Source: an uncultured delta proteobacterium (GTDB lineage Bacteria > Desulfobacterota > Zymogenia > Zymogenales > Zymogenaceae). Taken from it: a stretch of 64,000 nucleotides of DNA. The translations under genes and the position numbers were made by a program. Where the stretch lies: positions 192,001 through 256,000 of the forward strand of contig CAVTLK010000001.1 of NCBI GenBank assembly GCA_963735595.1, written 5' to 3'. Every line of letters starts with the position of its first letter. Position 1 is the stretch's first letter. Under the pieces are notes generated by a model. The model searched no databases. It saw only the letters and a list, made by a program, of their open reading frames with translations, and was not told the DNA's origin. Below, in pieces: positions 42,194 to 53,611 of this stretch.

Positions 42194-43414
42194 ATGGCTG
42201 TTATAAGACGAGATATACACTATCCGGCCGATCAGTGCATAAATGTACGATTTGCGTTGAGCACTGCCCGGTGGTTAAGGTTACCGATAAATTCCTGGGC
42301 CCAAAACAGGTCGGCCCCGATTTCCAGCGTTTCCGCAGTGAACAGGACGATACCCGCACGACGTATCGGTGGACTATTGCACCGGCTGCCGTATCTGCGA
42401 CGTGGTCTGCCCGTCCGGGGTCAATATCTCGGAGCTCAACATACGGTCAAAGATAGCCGTCAGGGAAAAGGAAGGGATTCCGATTCGGGATACGCTGCTG
42501 TCTCACGCCTATATGTTCGGCCAGATCGCCAGCTTTACGGCGCCGGCGGCCAACGCCTTCCTGAAATTCCGTCCCTTCCGCTGGCTTTCGGACAAGATGC
42601 TGCACCTCGAAAAGAGCCTTCGCTATCCGTTCTATCAGCGCGAATCGTTCGAGAAAGTGGATCAGGGGCTATACGTTTAAGTCAGAGCGGAAGGTGGCCT
42701 ATTTCTACGGTTGTTTTACCAACTATAACGATCCGTCTGTCGGAAAGGCGGTCGTCAGGGTACTGGAAAAGAACGGTATTCAGACCGTTTTCCCGCGCAG
42801 GAATGCTGCGGGCTTCCGCTGCTGGGCAACGGAAACGTGCGGGAGGCGCGCAAACTGGCCCGCAGAAACCTGGCCGGACTCATGTCCGCGCTTGACGAGG
42901 GCCTCGATATCATATACAGCTCCACGTCCTGCGGTATGATGATCCGGGACGACTATATCACGTATCTTGACCTGTACGAGGCCGAGCCGCTGTTTGACCG
43001 AATGAAAGAGGTCTCGGAGTACCTCTGGGAGCTTCACGAAAAGGGGGGGCTTAATACCGATTTCGAGGAGGTCCCGATGACAATGTCCTATCACATTCCG
43101 TGTCATTTGAGGTCTTTGGGCATCGGATTTCCGGCAATCGACCTGATGAACCTGATTCCGGGTCTTACCGTCAGGGAACTGGGAAGCTACTGCTGCGGGA
43201 TGGCGGGGACCTACGGATTCAAGAGCGACAAGTACGAGATCACGAGGGCGATCGGGCAGGACCTCGCAAGGCGCTGGCCGAGACCGATGGCGAGTACGCC
43301 GCGTCGGACTGCGAGGCCTGCCGGATGCAGATAGAAAATATGTCGGCCAAGAAGGCCATCCACCCCATCAAGACGCTCCTCTGGGCTTACGGGATTGAGC
43401 CTGTGGGGGTATAG
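42194..43414 (+). CDS. glpC: anaerobic glycerol-3-phosphate dehydrogenase subunit C, multiple frameshifts
   Basis: KCTICVEHCPV, CTGCRICDVVCPSGV, YFYGC, YHIPCHL, CCGMAGTYGFK and DCEACRMQI fragments. Confidence 0.85.
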
Positions 43415-43446
43415 GCCGATGGGCTTGCCGAAAACGGGCCGAGGAC

Positions 43447-44419
43447 ATGGGGAACGCGCGCCCCATAGTGCATACGATCAGGCTCGGACTCCTCTTTCCC
43501 CTCTTTCCCGTGAATATCTATCTAATCGACGGGGACAACCCGACCCTCATAGACACCGGGCTCGATACCGACGTGGCGTGGCAGGGATTGGTTAGCGGGC
43601 TCTCGGCCGTCGGGCGAAGTCCGGGGGATATCAAACGGGTCGTCCTCACCCACGGCCACATCGACCACGTCGGGCTGTGCCCGAGGCTGCTCATGGAAGG
43701 GTCCCCCGAGATCATGATCCATGCGCGGGACGCCGGGCGCATTCGTTCGGACGTGGAGCACCTGGTCGGTCTCGTCGAGAAAAACGCCGCCAGGTTCAAG
43801 AAGATGGGTATCCCTGCCAGGGACATAGATCGGCTCTTCAGGAGCTATGTATCCGTGCTCAGACGATTTCACGTGGGACCGTTCCCGATAACGGAGCTTA
43901 CCGACGGAGACCGTGATAGAGTGCGGGGACGCTGAACTCGCGGTGATTCATACACCGGGGCATACCGTCGGGGAGCGCCTGCTTTTTCCTGGATGCTATC
44001 CATACCCTCTTTTCGGGTGATCACGTCATGGAGGGTACATCGACCAACCCGCTGGCGGAGATGATCCCGGAAGAGGGGGTTGGCCTCATTCCGTATCTCG
44101 AATCGTTGAAAAAGGTCGATGACATCGGGGCGGAAACGATCCTGCCGGGCCACGGCGCCGTGATCAAACGTCCGGAGAAGTACATCTCGCAGATAGCGCT
44201 CCATCACGATACGACGGCCCGGCGGATCAGGCAAATCGCTTGACACCGGGAGCATGACGCCGGCAGGGCTTGCCGGGACGGCTCTTTCCCGAACTCAAAG
44301 GAATTGCCGGAGGGAGCGCCGTGTTCGAGGTCTTTTGTCATCTCATGGAGCTTGTTGGGCGAGATGAGGCCGTTATGGAGGAACGGGAAGGCCTCTTCTC
44401 TTTCAGACGGGATCGGTAA
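43447..44419 (+). CDS. MBL-fold metallo-hydrolase with C-terminal winged-helix-like domain, frameshifted
   Basis: LIDTG, LTHGHIDHVG, HTPGH, LFSGDH and LPGHG; tail ..AVFEVFCHLMEL.. ends at TAA 44419. Confidence 0.75.
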
Positions 44420-44486
44420 GCATAGATTATACCGGAAGTATGTGCCGCGCGGGGGATATGGGATCGCAATCGGCGACAAGAAACCG

Positions 44487-45576
44487 TCACGACCCCGCGG
44501 CGTCCAAACGCATCCGCACCCCCATCCCCGGCCCCTCGGGGACGGGAATAACCCTTCGTTCAAAATCGACGGTAAAACCGTCGGCTATGTCGTGCTTCAA
44601 AAAGGCCGGGCCGATCGCCTCGCAGGCTATGATCCCCGGCTTTGCTGCGACAAGCTGCATCCCAGCGGCGCTGCCCAGCGACGATTCGAGCATCGACCCA
44701 ACGATGGTGGGAATCCCGGCCGCCTCGGCAATCGCGTAGATCTTCGTGGCCCGCAGGAGCCCCCCGGATTTCATCAGCTTGATGTTGATAATATCGGCGG
44801 CCTTATTCGAAACGACCGCCAGCGCGTCCTCGGGGGAGAGGCACCCCTCGTCCACCATGATCGGGAAAGGGGAATGCCTTTTTACCTCGGCCAGGGCCGG
44901 CATGTCGCCCGCGGTCGTGGGTTGCTCGACCCACCGGACGGGATAGGCCCGGAGGCGCTCGAGGGCCGCCATGGCCGTCGGCGCGTCTTTCCATCCCTGG
45001 TTCACGTCCAGGAGGAGCCTCGCGCCGGGGGCCGCCGCCGAGATCAGGCGCACGCGGTCACAGTCCTGGTCGGGATTGCGTGCCTATCTTTACCTTGATG
45101 TCCCGAAAGCCGCCCCGGAAAAAACCTTCGGCATATCCGGCCATGACCTCGGGATCGTCCAGCGGGATCACCGGGTAAAACGCGATGGCCGACCTGCTCA
45201 TCCCACCGAGAAGGCGATACGCGGGTACGCCGAGCGATTTTGCCCATCAGGTCAAAGAGCGCCATATCGAGCGCCGCCCACGCCGTCGGTGAGGCGGGGG
45301 CGGCCTTCTCGGCGAGTGCCATTATCGCCTCGATGTCAAAGGGGTCTCTGCCCGAGGAGGTCCGCCGGATATGGCGGAAAGGGCCGTCTTTACGTCCTGA
45401 CGCGTTTCCCCGGTCACGTCGAAATCGACGGCACCCTCGCCGTATCCGATCGTCCCGTCATCCGTCGTCAGGGTCAGCAGGACGTAGTCAAGTGTTTCGA
45501 ACGTCCCGTAGGAAACAACGAGCGGGACTACCGGGACGAGGTCAAGATCATCGACGTGTACCGACGCGATTTTCAT
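44487..45576 (-). CDS. dipeptide epimerase/muconate cycloisomerase-like (enolase superfamily), frameshifted
   Basis: GTIGYGE, AALDMALFDLMGK, LDVNQGW, VEQP, IMVDE, INIKLMKSGG, GSMLES and PEGPGMG. Confidence 0.8.
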
Positions 45577-46761
45577 GAGGATGGTTTTACCTTTCCTGAA
45601 TATCGCCGGTATCATCGGAAGGACGGCAAGGTTGATCAGCGCAAGGATCACAAACGTCCACCGGAATCCGACGTTGTCCACCAGAACTCCCGCCAGCGAC
45701 TGTCCCACGGCGATGCCGAGATTGCCTATGGCCATGAAGACCGCAAACATGGTTGCGGCAATCCGCGGGTTCGAAAAATCCATGCTCAGGGCGAAATAGA
45801 CGGTTTCGTAATAGCCGAAGCCCATTCCGAACAAGAAGAGGAGCACGTAGGCCGTGTTCAGGTGATGGGCGCCGGCGATCGGAAGAATGGTCGCGGTTGA
45901 GATAAGCCAGCGCGATAACGAGGGAGTAGCGTGTGCCCGAGCCTATCGATGAACGCGCCGCCGAGTGCTGCGCCCGCTCCCGTCCCGATTCCGAAGAGGG
46001 CGGTCACAAATCCTACGTTGAGCATCGAGATATCCGAGTCCCTCCTTAAGGAAGGGATTGGCGATACCCTCGACGTTATAGATGACCAGGGGATAGAGAA
46101 AGCCGACCAGCATGAAGAAGAAGACGGGAAGGGATGCAAACGACTTGAACGCGGAAAACGAGAAGCTCACTTCGTCTTTTCGCGGCACCTCCGGTGGAAC
46201 GAAGAAATAGTAGATAACCGGGAGAATGGTAATGGCGCCGATGCCGAAGAAGACCGGCCGCCATCCGTAGTACTCGGTAACGTATCCGATCGACGCCGCC
46301 GCCAGCACCATTCCAACGGCCCTGCCGCCCACCATGATTCCCTGAACGAATCCCCGTTTGTCTTTAGGAGTCCTGTCCAGGGCGTATCCGTCGGTTGCGG
46401 TATCAAACGTGGCCATGCCGAGGGGAGCAAGGAAGAGGACCGCCGTAAACAGGACGGGGGTCTTAACGGGGGACAAGAACGGGACAAGGCATATGATAGT
46501 TCCCTCAAGAAGCAGGCCGACAATGATGAGGGGCTTTCGATAGCCCAGACCGAAGGGATTGACCGAATCGGAGAAGAGCCCGATAAAGACCTTGATGATC
46601 AGCGGGATGAGCGCGATGGAACTGATAAGGCCGATCGTCGTGAAAGAAAGATCGAAGGTTCTCAGATAAATGATATTGAATCCGGTAAAATAGGTAATGA
46701 GGATACCCTCGAGGAAATAGATGAGCGAGTAGAATCCGCCGAGAAGATATTTATGTTCCAT
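45573..46761 (-). CDS. AmpG/PAT-like MFS permease, frameshifted
   Basis: YFLEG, P..IK..IGLFSD, GYRKP, ATFDTATDGYA and ATMFAVFMAIGNLG. Confidence 0.72.
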
Positions 46762-46916
46762 GGTCTAACTCCTTGGTGAGAGATGAAAGCCGGGGGAAAC
46801 CGTTATGAATGGGATTCCCCCGGCTCACTCGTGAAACACATAGGCAGGCCGTCCCGGGCAATTTATCTGCCGGGCAGGCCCGCGCACGGACGTGCCTTAC
46901 CGGCACGTACACTCCT

Positions 46917-47632
46917 CTATTTCTTCTTAAGCCACATCTCCCAGAGGGGCACGAAGAAGAAGAAGAGGAAAGCGATACCGAGGAGCGCACCGCCGACTAC
47001 GGAGAAATAGGCAAAGGCCGCCGCAGTCTTGGCAAGCCACCACGAAAAGACGTCCATCACGATACCGGCATAGGCCGTGAGAACGAGCAGGATCTTCCAG
47101 CGGTCTTTGACGGTGGTCGCGATAAAGATCAGAGACAGGAGAAAGAACATCACCCCATGGGAGATGAGATGGGTATGAGAGAGGGTGCCGAGACGGCCGG
47201 GGGAAACGCCGGTTGAAACCGCAACGTATTTCATGACTTCGTCATAGGTCGTCAACGGGGAACCGGACTCGGTGCCGTCTTTTGAGTGGCACATGGTGCA
47301 GCTTTTCTTCAATATCGGGACGACGGTCTCTTCGTACGACGTCTCTTCGGCACCGGCCCGATCCACTCTATAACGGCGTTCTTATCGCCGTCCGACGAGA
47401 AATAGGTCGCCATAGACCCGAGGCTCTTGTCCTCGAGGGCGGTTCCCTCGCGGTTGCCGTAGTAGGTGATGACGATATCGTTCATCGAGAGGCCCGGTTT
47501 GGCATCGGCATTTTCGTGGCAGATGTAAATGGTAAACAGGGCAAAGATATAACCGAGCCCCATTACGCAGAGGAAAACGGTAATCAGCAGCTTTGCCGGA
47601 ATTCCAAGCTTAACAAGTCCTTTTTCAAACAT
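46917..47632 (-). CDS. membrane protein with a single CxxCH heme c motif, frameshifted near 47360
   Basis: N-terminal TM, KPGLS..DI..YYGNR, CTMCH, SHTHLISH and about 3 C-terminal TMs. Confidence 0.7.
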
Positions 47633-47730
47633 GGTGTGTCCTTTCCTCCAAGAGAGTGAAGTTCGGAGTGAGGGTATCCTGTTCTGCGGTAGATCAAAAG
47701 GAGATACGGCGGCGGCCGATCAAGGCCCGA

Positions 47731-47977
47731 TTAACCGCCGCCGATAATCTGAAGAATCCTGATTTCGTCGCCGTCCGATCAGCACGTGGTCAGGCGTCAC
47801 CCGGGAACCGTTTATCATCGCGACAAACGGCATGCCCGCCCGGATGACTCCGGATTCCTTGAGGGCCTTTTTGAGTCTGGCGCCCTCATTAAGGTTATAG
47901 GTTCCGCCCCTGATGCGGGCCGCCAACGGGCCGTACGGTTTAACGGTTACGGTGATCTTTTTTCTCGAAAACAGCAT
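47731..47977 (-). CDS. MoaD/ThiS-like ubiquitin-fold sulfur carrier, frameshifted near 47780
   Basis: ITVTVKPYGPL...MING; the shifted frame gives DGDEIRILQIIGGG-stop (C-terminal GG). Confidence 0.75.
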
Positions 47978-48034
47978 GTCGGAAATCCGATAGAGATGAT
48001 GAATAGGGTATTGCCGTACTAATTGACCGTGCCG

Positions 48035-48433
48035 CTATTTTATTGTGGGCCATACTCCCCTTGTGCCGGAGAACGTTGCGCCGGAGATCGCGGTTCCATA
48101 GCCGAAGGTGCCGACGAACGAGTCGCCCGCCTCATTCAGGGTGACAATACCACGGCCCGAGCCGAGTGGGCCCTCCCAGTCAAATTCGAATTTCGATCCC
48201 CTGACGGCTCCCCGGATCGTACGAAACTTCAGGGGAGAGGGGAAGGTTCCGGAGGCGTAACATTCATTCTGGGTGATCTCAACGGGACCGGCATCGGTGT
48301 TCCAGGTTCCAACGAAGCTCGCGCAGAGTGTCTTAGGCGGGACGCTCGGCGGCACCCGGACGCAGCCGGCGACTGCAATAATCGAAAGACCGACTATGAT
48401 TGCCACGACAAGAACTCTTGAGTAGCTTTTCAT
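48035..48433 (-). CDS. hypothetical lipoprotein (small beta-rich fold)
   Basis: Lipobox VAGC after a hydrophobic signal; FVGTW motif twice. Confidence 0.65.
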   Translation of the reverse strand: MKSYSRVLVVAIIVGLSIIAVAGCVRVPPSVPPKTLCASFVGTWNTDAGPVEITQNECYASGTFPSPLKFRTIRGAVRGSKFEFDWEGPLGSGRGIVTLNEAGDSFVGTFGYGTAISGATFSGTRGVWPTIK

Positions 48434-48543
48434 CTGTTGCCTCCTGTTACATCCATAGATGTCGCTACTATACCACATCCGTATCTACCGTGCAACGGCT
48501 TCGGAGACATCCGGCCGTTTCGGGATCGGGGACGGCCGTCCAA

Positions 48544-50725
48544 TTATGGTTTGAGCGTTTTGTACACGAAGCTCTCCCATCGGCGTATATCCGAAGTATA
48601 GTAGGGTGAGTAACGGCGGTCCGAGGGACCGCCGGCAATGTCCGTGTGAATTGCCGTTTCGCCGAGGTCGGCAATTATCCGATACGACGGGGCGAAGCTC
48701 GTCAATCTACCTCCGGTCCTGAATATCTGCCCCTGGACGATGGTGGCCCGGTTGCCGGGAAGTTCGACGGGACCGAAATCAAAGCCAAGTATACGGGGGA
48801 GCTTACCGCCGAAGAAGAGGTTTGCCATGAGTACCTTATGAGTCCTGCCATACGCAACGGCCGGTCCCTTCAGGCCGCGGTGGATTGCCTTCTGGTACAG
48901 CTCCTGGCGGTTCTTATCTCCAAACCAGAGCGATTTCTTGGCCAGCAGGATGCGGTCAAAATTAATATAGAAGTCGTTGAAAAGCCCCGTCTCGGCGAGA
49001 CAATAGTCGATAACGTCCCTGCCCATTTCGAGCTCGCCGAAGACGAGATCGAGGAGCGACGTATATACCCGTTCGAACAGGGTAGCTCCCAGCGACTCGG
49101 TGTCGTAACAAAGGTCCCAGTCACGCAGGATTTTCCCGTTGGGTGTGTCGGGCAGGAGCGGCTCGATAATCTTCATGAAGTATTGAGCCTGGAGGGAATA
49201 GAGGTCGCTACTGGATCTTCTTCATCTCCTCCACGTCCAGCGGTGTCCGCTTTTTCAGGAGGTCTCTTATCCGGTCGCCGCGATAGCTTCCCATCGGAAG
49301 GTTCTGAACGACAACCTTGGAAAGGTGTGAGAGATCTTCGTTGGCAGTGGCTACGTAACCCTCGGGAGGATTATAGCTCCGCGGGTAGCTCGTCGGCGGA
49401 ACTGATGCCCTTCCACTGGTGAGACGGATCCCAGCCGAGGTAGGGCAGTAGACCCGAAGTACCTTTTTTCCGCTTCGGGAAGTTCCCGCTCATCTGATAG
49501 CCGATGTTACCGGCGGTATCGGCGGCAACCCAGTTGAAGGCCGCAAAGCTCAGACCCGCAAAACGGCTCATCGCTTCCTTGACGTTCTTTGACCTGGGGA
49601 CTTTGAGGATACTTTCCATAGACTGTGCGACGTTTCCGCGACGGCCCGACCAGGCAAACGAGAGCCAGTAGCCGTCGGCGGTCGGTTCTCCCTCGAGTAC
49701 CCCATTATCGCTCTCGTAAAATCGCAGGGTGATAGGCGCCTTCTTCTTGGGCCGGATGACCTCCTCGCGAACGGCAAAGGGGACCCGCTTCTTACCGCGC
49801 AGGCATTTCTTGTTTACGACATCCTCGATAAAATAGTCGATCGTATCCATAAAACCGTACGTGACCGACCACGCCAGGGTTATTGGAGCGGCCAAGGACA
49901 ACCGCCGGTATGCCGGGGAAGGTCGCCCCCATAACGTAAAAGTCTCCCGATACCAGTACGGCCTCGTACCATAACGGCGGGCAGGCGGTTGACTTCGAGG
50001 TGCGGGTCGCCGCAGAGGATAGGCTTCTTTGACCTGGAGCGTGCGCCGGACACGGCCCAGTTATTACTGGCCGAAAATCGGGTAAGGACCGATAGCCATT
50101 TGACGGACTCGGGCACCACGGGATTGACAAGGTTGACCTGCTTAATGATTTCGGTGAGGGACTCTTTCGGGCGTTCCATCGAGGGGAACAGCTCCTTGAG
50201 CTTTTCTACCGACACCCCCTTTCGGATCATCTGGATGATACCCTTTTCCATTTCTCCCTGGGATTGGGTAAGGCCGATAAATCCGATAATCCTGGACATG
50301 AGGACGATATCCTCCGGCGTCCACGGGTCGGGCTTGTACCCAACCAGTTTGAACTCGAAGGGCACGCCCGAATCGGCGATTGCCTTGTTTGCGCCGGCGC
50401 AGTAGGCGCTCAGGACGGCCAGTGTCTCCTTGTTCATCTTCTTTAATTCTTGTTTGGCGTCACCGCCGAGGGAAATCCATCTCATATACGTATCGGCGGC
50501 GATCAGCTCTTCGTCGGCCTTTAGCTTTTCGGAGGCCCGCCCCTGGCCGATGAGCTTTACGAGCCACATCGCAAGCTGCCGGTCGGTTCCATGCATATAG
50601 CCCAGCCCCCAGTAGAGGTCGATCTCGTGATCGGCACTGATATGGGGCACTCCGCCGGCGATACGCTTGATGGTGACGTTCCCCTTGGTTCCGCGAAGAA
50701 CCGTCTCGACATCAGTTATCTTCAT
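48544..50725 (-). CDS. penicillin acylase family Ntn hydrolase (AHL/aculeacin acylase-like), multiple frameshifts
   Basis: GVPHI, GLGYMHGTDR, SNNWAVSG (N-terminal nucleophile), DPHL, FNWVAAD..GNIGY and GGPS...SPYY. Confidence 0.85.
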
Positions 50726-50949
50726 GATTACTCCAACTATGGATAATATAGACATTATGTACCATTACGGGAATCGTATTTCAAGAGATTAAATAGGATT
50801 TCTGTAAATACGCGCAGCATTCATACGCGTAAAACGGTCGGCGGTTCCTCCGTCAGTATCTCTTCTCAAATAAAGTTCAGGCGCAAGAATCGGATAGTCA
50901 GAATGGCCGCTCCCATATAGTATATAATAAAACTGTTGAGGTATGAGCT

Positions 50950-52056
50950 ATGACGATATCAAGCGAGCATCCGCGCTGGTGGCGTGCCGTACTGGCACGG
51001 GATGACAATTTTGACGATGTCTTTGTTTACGGCGTCCGCTCGACGGGAGTCTACTGCCGCCCGTCATGCGGGGCAAGGAAGCCGCGCGAGGATCAGGTGG
51101 TGTTCTTTGCCACGGCGGACGGGGCGCGGGCGGCCGGCTTTCGACCGTGTCGCCGGTGCCTGCCGGACGATACCTCCGGCCGGGATATACGGGGAGAGAT
51201 GGTCAGGCTATCCCGCTTCATTGAAGACTACGACTCGCCGGACCGGCCGCTTACCCTGGCCGTTATGAGCGACTATATGAAGCTCAGTCCCTCGCATCTG
51301 CAGCGCACGTTTACGAGGATAATGGGCGTGAGCCCCAGGAAGTACGCGGAGATGATGCGTCTCAAACTGCTCAAGACGCTGGTTAGGAACGGGCAACGGG
51401 TAACCGACGCGCTGTACGAGGCGGGATACGGTTCCAGCAGCAGGGTTTACGAGGGCTCGGCCCATCGTCTGGGAATGACGCCCGGTGCGTATCGAAAGGG
51501 CGGTGCGGGTATGCGCATCCACTATACCGTTGTCGATTGCATTCTCGGGCGTCTCCTGGTCGGGGCTACCGAAAAGGGCGTTTCCGCGGTGCTGATCGGG
51601 CGGTCCGATCGGGAGCTTAAAAACGCCCTCCGGGAGGAATACCCGTCGGCAGTGATCGTTCAGGATTCGTCCGGACTCGAGGAATATAGCGGGGCGCTTT
51701 TAGACTATCTGAGGGATGGCCGGTCGGTACTCGACCTTCCCCTGGACATTCGTGTCACGGCTTTCCAGGCGCGGGTCTACGAGGAGCTGAAGAAGATCAC
51801 CCGAGGATCGGTACGAACCTACAGTCAGATCGCCGAGGGGATCGGAATGCCGGGGGCGGCCAGGGCGGTGGGCAACGCCTGCGCCGCGAACCCAACGGCG
51901 CTCGTGATTCCGTGCCACCGGGTCGTAACAAAGAGTGGGGAACCGGGCGGCTACCGCTGGGGAGTGGAACGGAAGAAAGCGCTGCTGGCCATGGAAAGAC
52001 GATCGGACCGGCGATCGGACCGGGACGAGTTGTTCGAGCAGGGAGCGGGAATTTAG
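50950..52056 (+). CDS. ada: bifunctional Ada regulator/O6-methylguanine-DNA methyltransferase
   Basis: STGVYCRPSC, GFRPCRRC, AraC HTH (SPSHLQRTF), ARAVGNAC and PCHRV. Confidence 0.95.
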   Translation: MTISSEHPRWWRAVLARDDNFDDVFVYGVRSTGVYCRPSCGARKPREDQVVFFATADGARAAGFRPCRRCLPDDTSGRDIRGEMVRLSRFIEDYDSPDRPLTLAVMSDYMKLSPSHLQRTFTRIMGVSPRKYAEMMRLKLLKTLVRNGQRVTDALYEAGYGSSSRVYEGSAHRLGMTPGAYRKGGAGMRIHYTVVDCILGRLLVGATEKGVSAVLIGRSDRELKNALREEYPSAVIVQDSSGLEEYSGALLDYLRDGRSVLDLPLDIRVTAFQARVYEELKKITRGSVRTYSQIAEGIGMPGAARAVGNACAANPTALVIPCHRVVTKSGEPGGYRWGVERKKALLAMERRSDRRSDRDELFEQGAGI

Positions 52057-52282
52057 GGCTACAGGAAACGTGGTCTATACCGTATACAACGCGATGCGGC
52101 GCGATGAGGAGCTAATCGATCTGTGACACGTCCGTAAGTAGGGTGGGTGCAGAACGTTGAGTTCACCAAGGGCGAATCCATTGAATGCCGGGAATCATTA
52201 CTGCCGCCTTACCTTTCGACCGTTAAACGGCGCTTAGTCCATATAGGTAATCCATTCTTTGCCAGCTGAGCGGATAAGCGTC

Positions 52283-52552
52283 TTACCGAAGGGCGGATGA
52301 ATCGCCGTCCGACATCTCCTCCATATAGACTATCTGCTCCTTGTTGACCAGGACAGTCCGCTCCTTCTGCCCCTGGACTGTGGCGCAGCTGAGGACCAGG
52401 AAACGGTTCTTCCCCTTGATCATCAGATCGCTGATTCGATGCATCGGCTCACTTTCGCTGTTGAGGTTGACGGTTCCCCGGATGGTGCTCCCATCGGTCA
52501 TCCTCACCTGGACATACCTGTCAACCGTGGTGACCTTTAGTGAATTGGGCAT
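52283..52552 (-). CDS. small hypothetical protein (DUF6812-like)
   Basis: RBS AGGAGG; pattern IRGTVNL..RISDL..FLVL..LVNKEQI. Confidence 0.6.
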   Translation of the reverse strand: MPNSLKVTTVDRYVQVRMTDGSTIRGTVNLNSESEPMHRISDLMIKGKNRFLVLSCATVQGQKERTVLVNKEQIVYMEEMSDGDSSALR

Positions 52553-52743
52553 CGCGTCCTCCTTTACAGAATTTAATTGTTATATAATACTATCATTTGT
52601 GCAACAAATCAATGCCGGTTTGAGACACGCACCGTTTCGACCGTTGCCGTGATGAATGATTGACTTTTTAAAGGTACTCGATTATCCTTGCCGGGCGATG
52701 CTGAATATACCCCTTTTTTAACTATCAGAGGCGCGAGGAAATT

Positions 52744-53571
52744 ATGAAGAGGCATGATTTTAGAGACAAGAAGGTCCTGATAACGGGAGCTGCCGGCGGG
52801 ATTGGGCGGGAGCTTTCGGCTCAATTCGCCAAGCGGGGGGCGCGGCTCCTTCTGGCGGGGCTTCCGGCGGAGAGAAAATCGCTGACGGAACTGGCGGCCC
52901 GGCTCACCAAGGAGTACGGAGTCCAGGCGCATCTGTTTACGGTCGATCTCTCTTTGCGTGGCGGGCCGGAAAAGCTATATGCATCGGTCAAGAAGGCGGT
53001 CGGGGATATCTATGCGCTGGTCAATAACGCCGGCGCCGTTGCCTACGGTAGCGTGTGGGAGGTTCCGTGGGAGCCGCAGGAGAAGACCGTTACCGTTAAT
53101 CTTCTCGTCCCCCTCAGGCTTATGCACCTGTTCATCCCGGACATGGTAAAGAAGGGAGAGGGTGTTGTCTTCAACACCGCCTCCGTGCAGGCGTTTCAGC
53201 CCACGCCGTACCATTCGGTCTACTGCGCCACGAAGGCGGGCATACAGATGTTGTCGGAGGGGATTCGGGCGGAACTCACGGGCACCGGCGTGTCGGTCTG
53301 TACGCTCAACCCGCCCTATACCAATACGGCCATGCTCAGGACAAAGGGATTCCCCAGGGAGATACGTTTTTACCGGATCAGCGGGATTAAGGAACCGGCG
53401 TGGATCGCACGAAAGGCGCTCGGCGCGTTCGAGAAAGACAAGTTCATGTACGTCCCCGGCCTCTGGACGAAGTTCATTCACCTGGTTCTGATTCGGTTCT
53501 CACCCAGACGACTCGTTGATTTTGTGACGTACCACCTGCTCAAGGGGACGAGGAAGAGCGGCGTGTATTAA
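52744..53571 (+). CDS. short-chain dehydrogenase/reductase (DltE-like)
   Basis: LITGAAGGIG, LVNNAG and YCATK. Confidence 0.92.
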   Translation: MKRHDFRDKKVLITGAAGGIGRELSAQFAKRGARLLLAGLPAERKSLTELAARLTKEYGVQAHLFTVDLSLRGGPEKLYASVKKAVGDIYALVNNAGAVAYGSVWEVPWEPQEKTVTVNLLVPLRLMHLFIPDMVKKGEGVVFNTASVQAFQPTPYHSVYCATKAGIQMLSEGIRAELTGTGVSVCTLNPPYTNTAMLRTKGFPREIRFYRISGIKEPAWIARKALGAFEKDKFMYVPGLWTKFIHLVLIRFSPRRLVDFVTYHLLKGTRKSGVY

Positions 53572-53611
53572 GGACGTAACCGCGCGTGAAGAAACGGCCT
53601 TTCTGAAACCG

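Noticed and set aside
52001..52023. Tandem GATCGGACCGG repeat at the end of ada
   Set aside because: Only two copies, within a low-complexity coding tail; not a CRISPR or a meaningful VNTR.
52653..52670. Possible third FadR box (TGAATGATTGACTTTTTA) at the SDR promoter -35
   Set aside because: Only the left half-site matches and the right half is not palindromic; too weak without a PWM scan.
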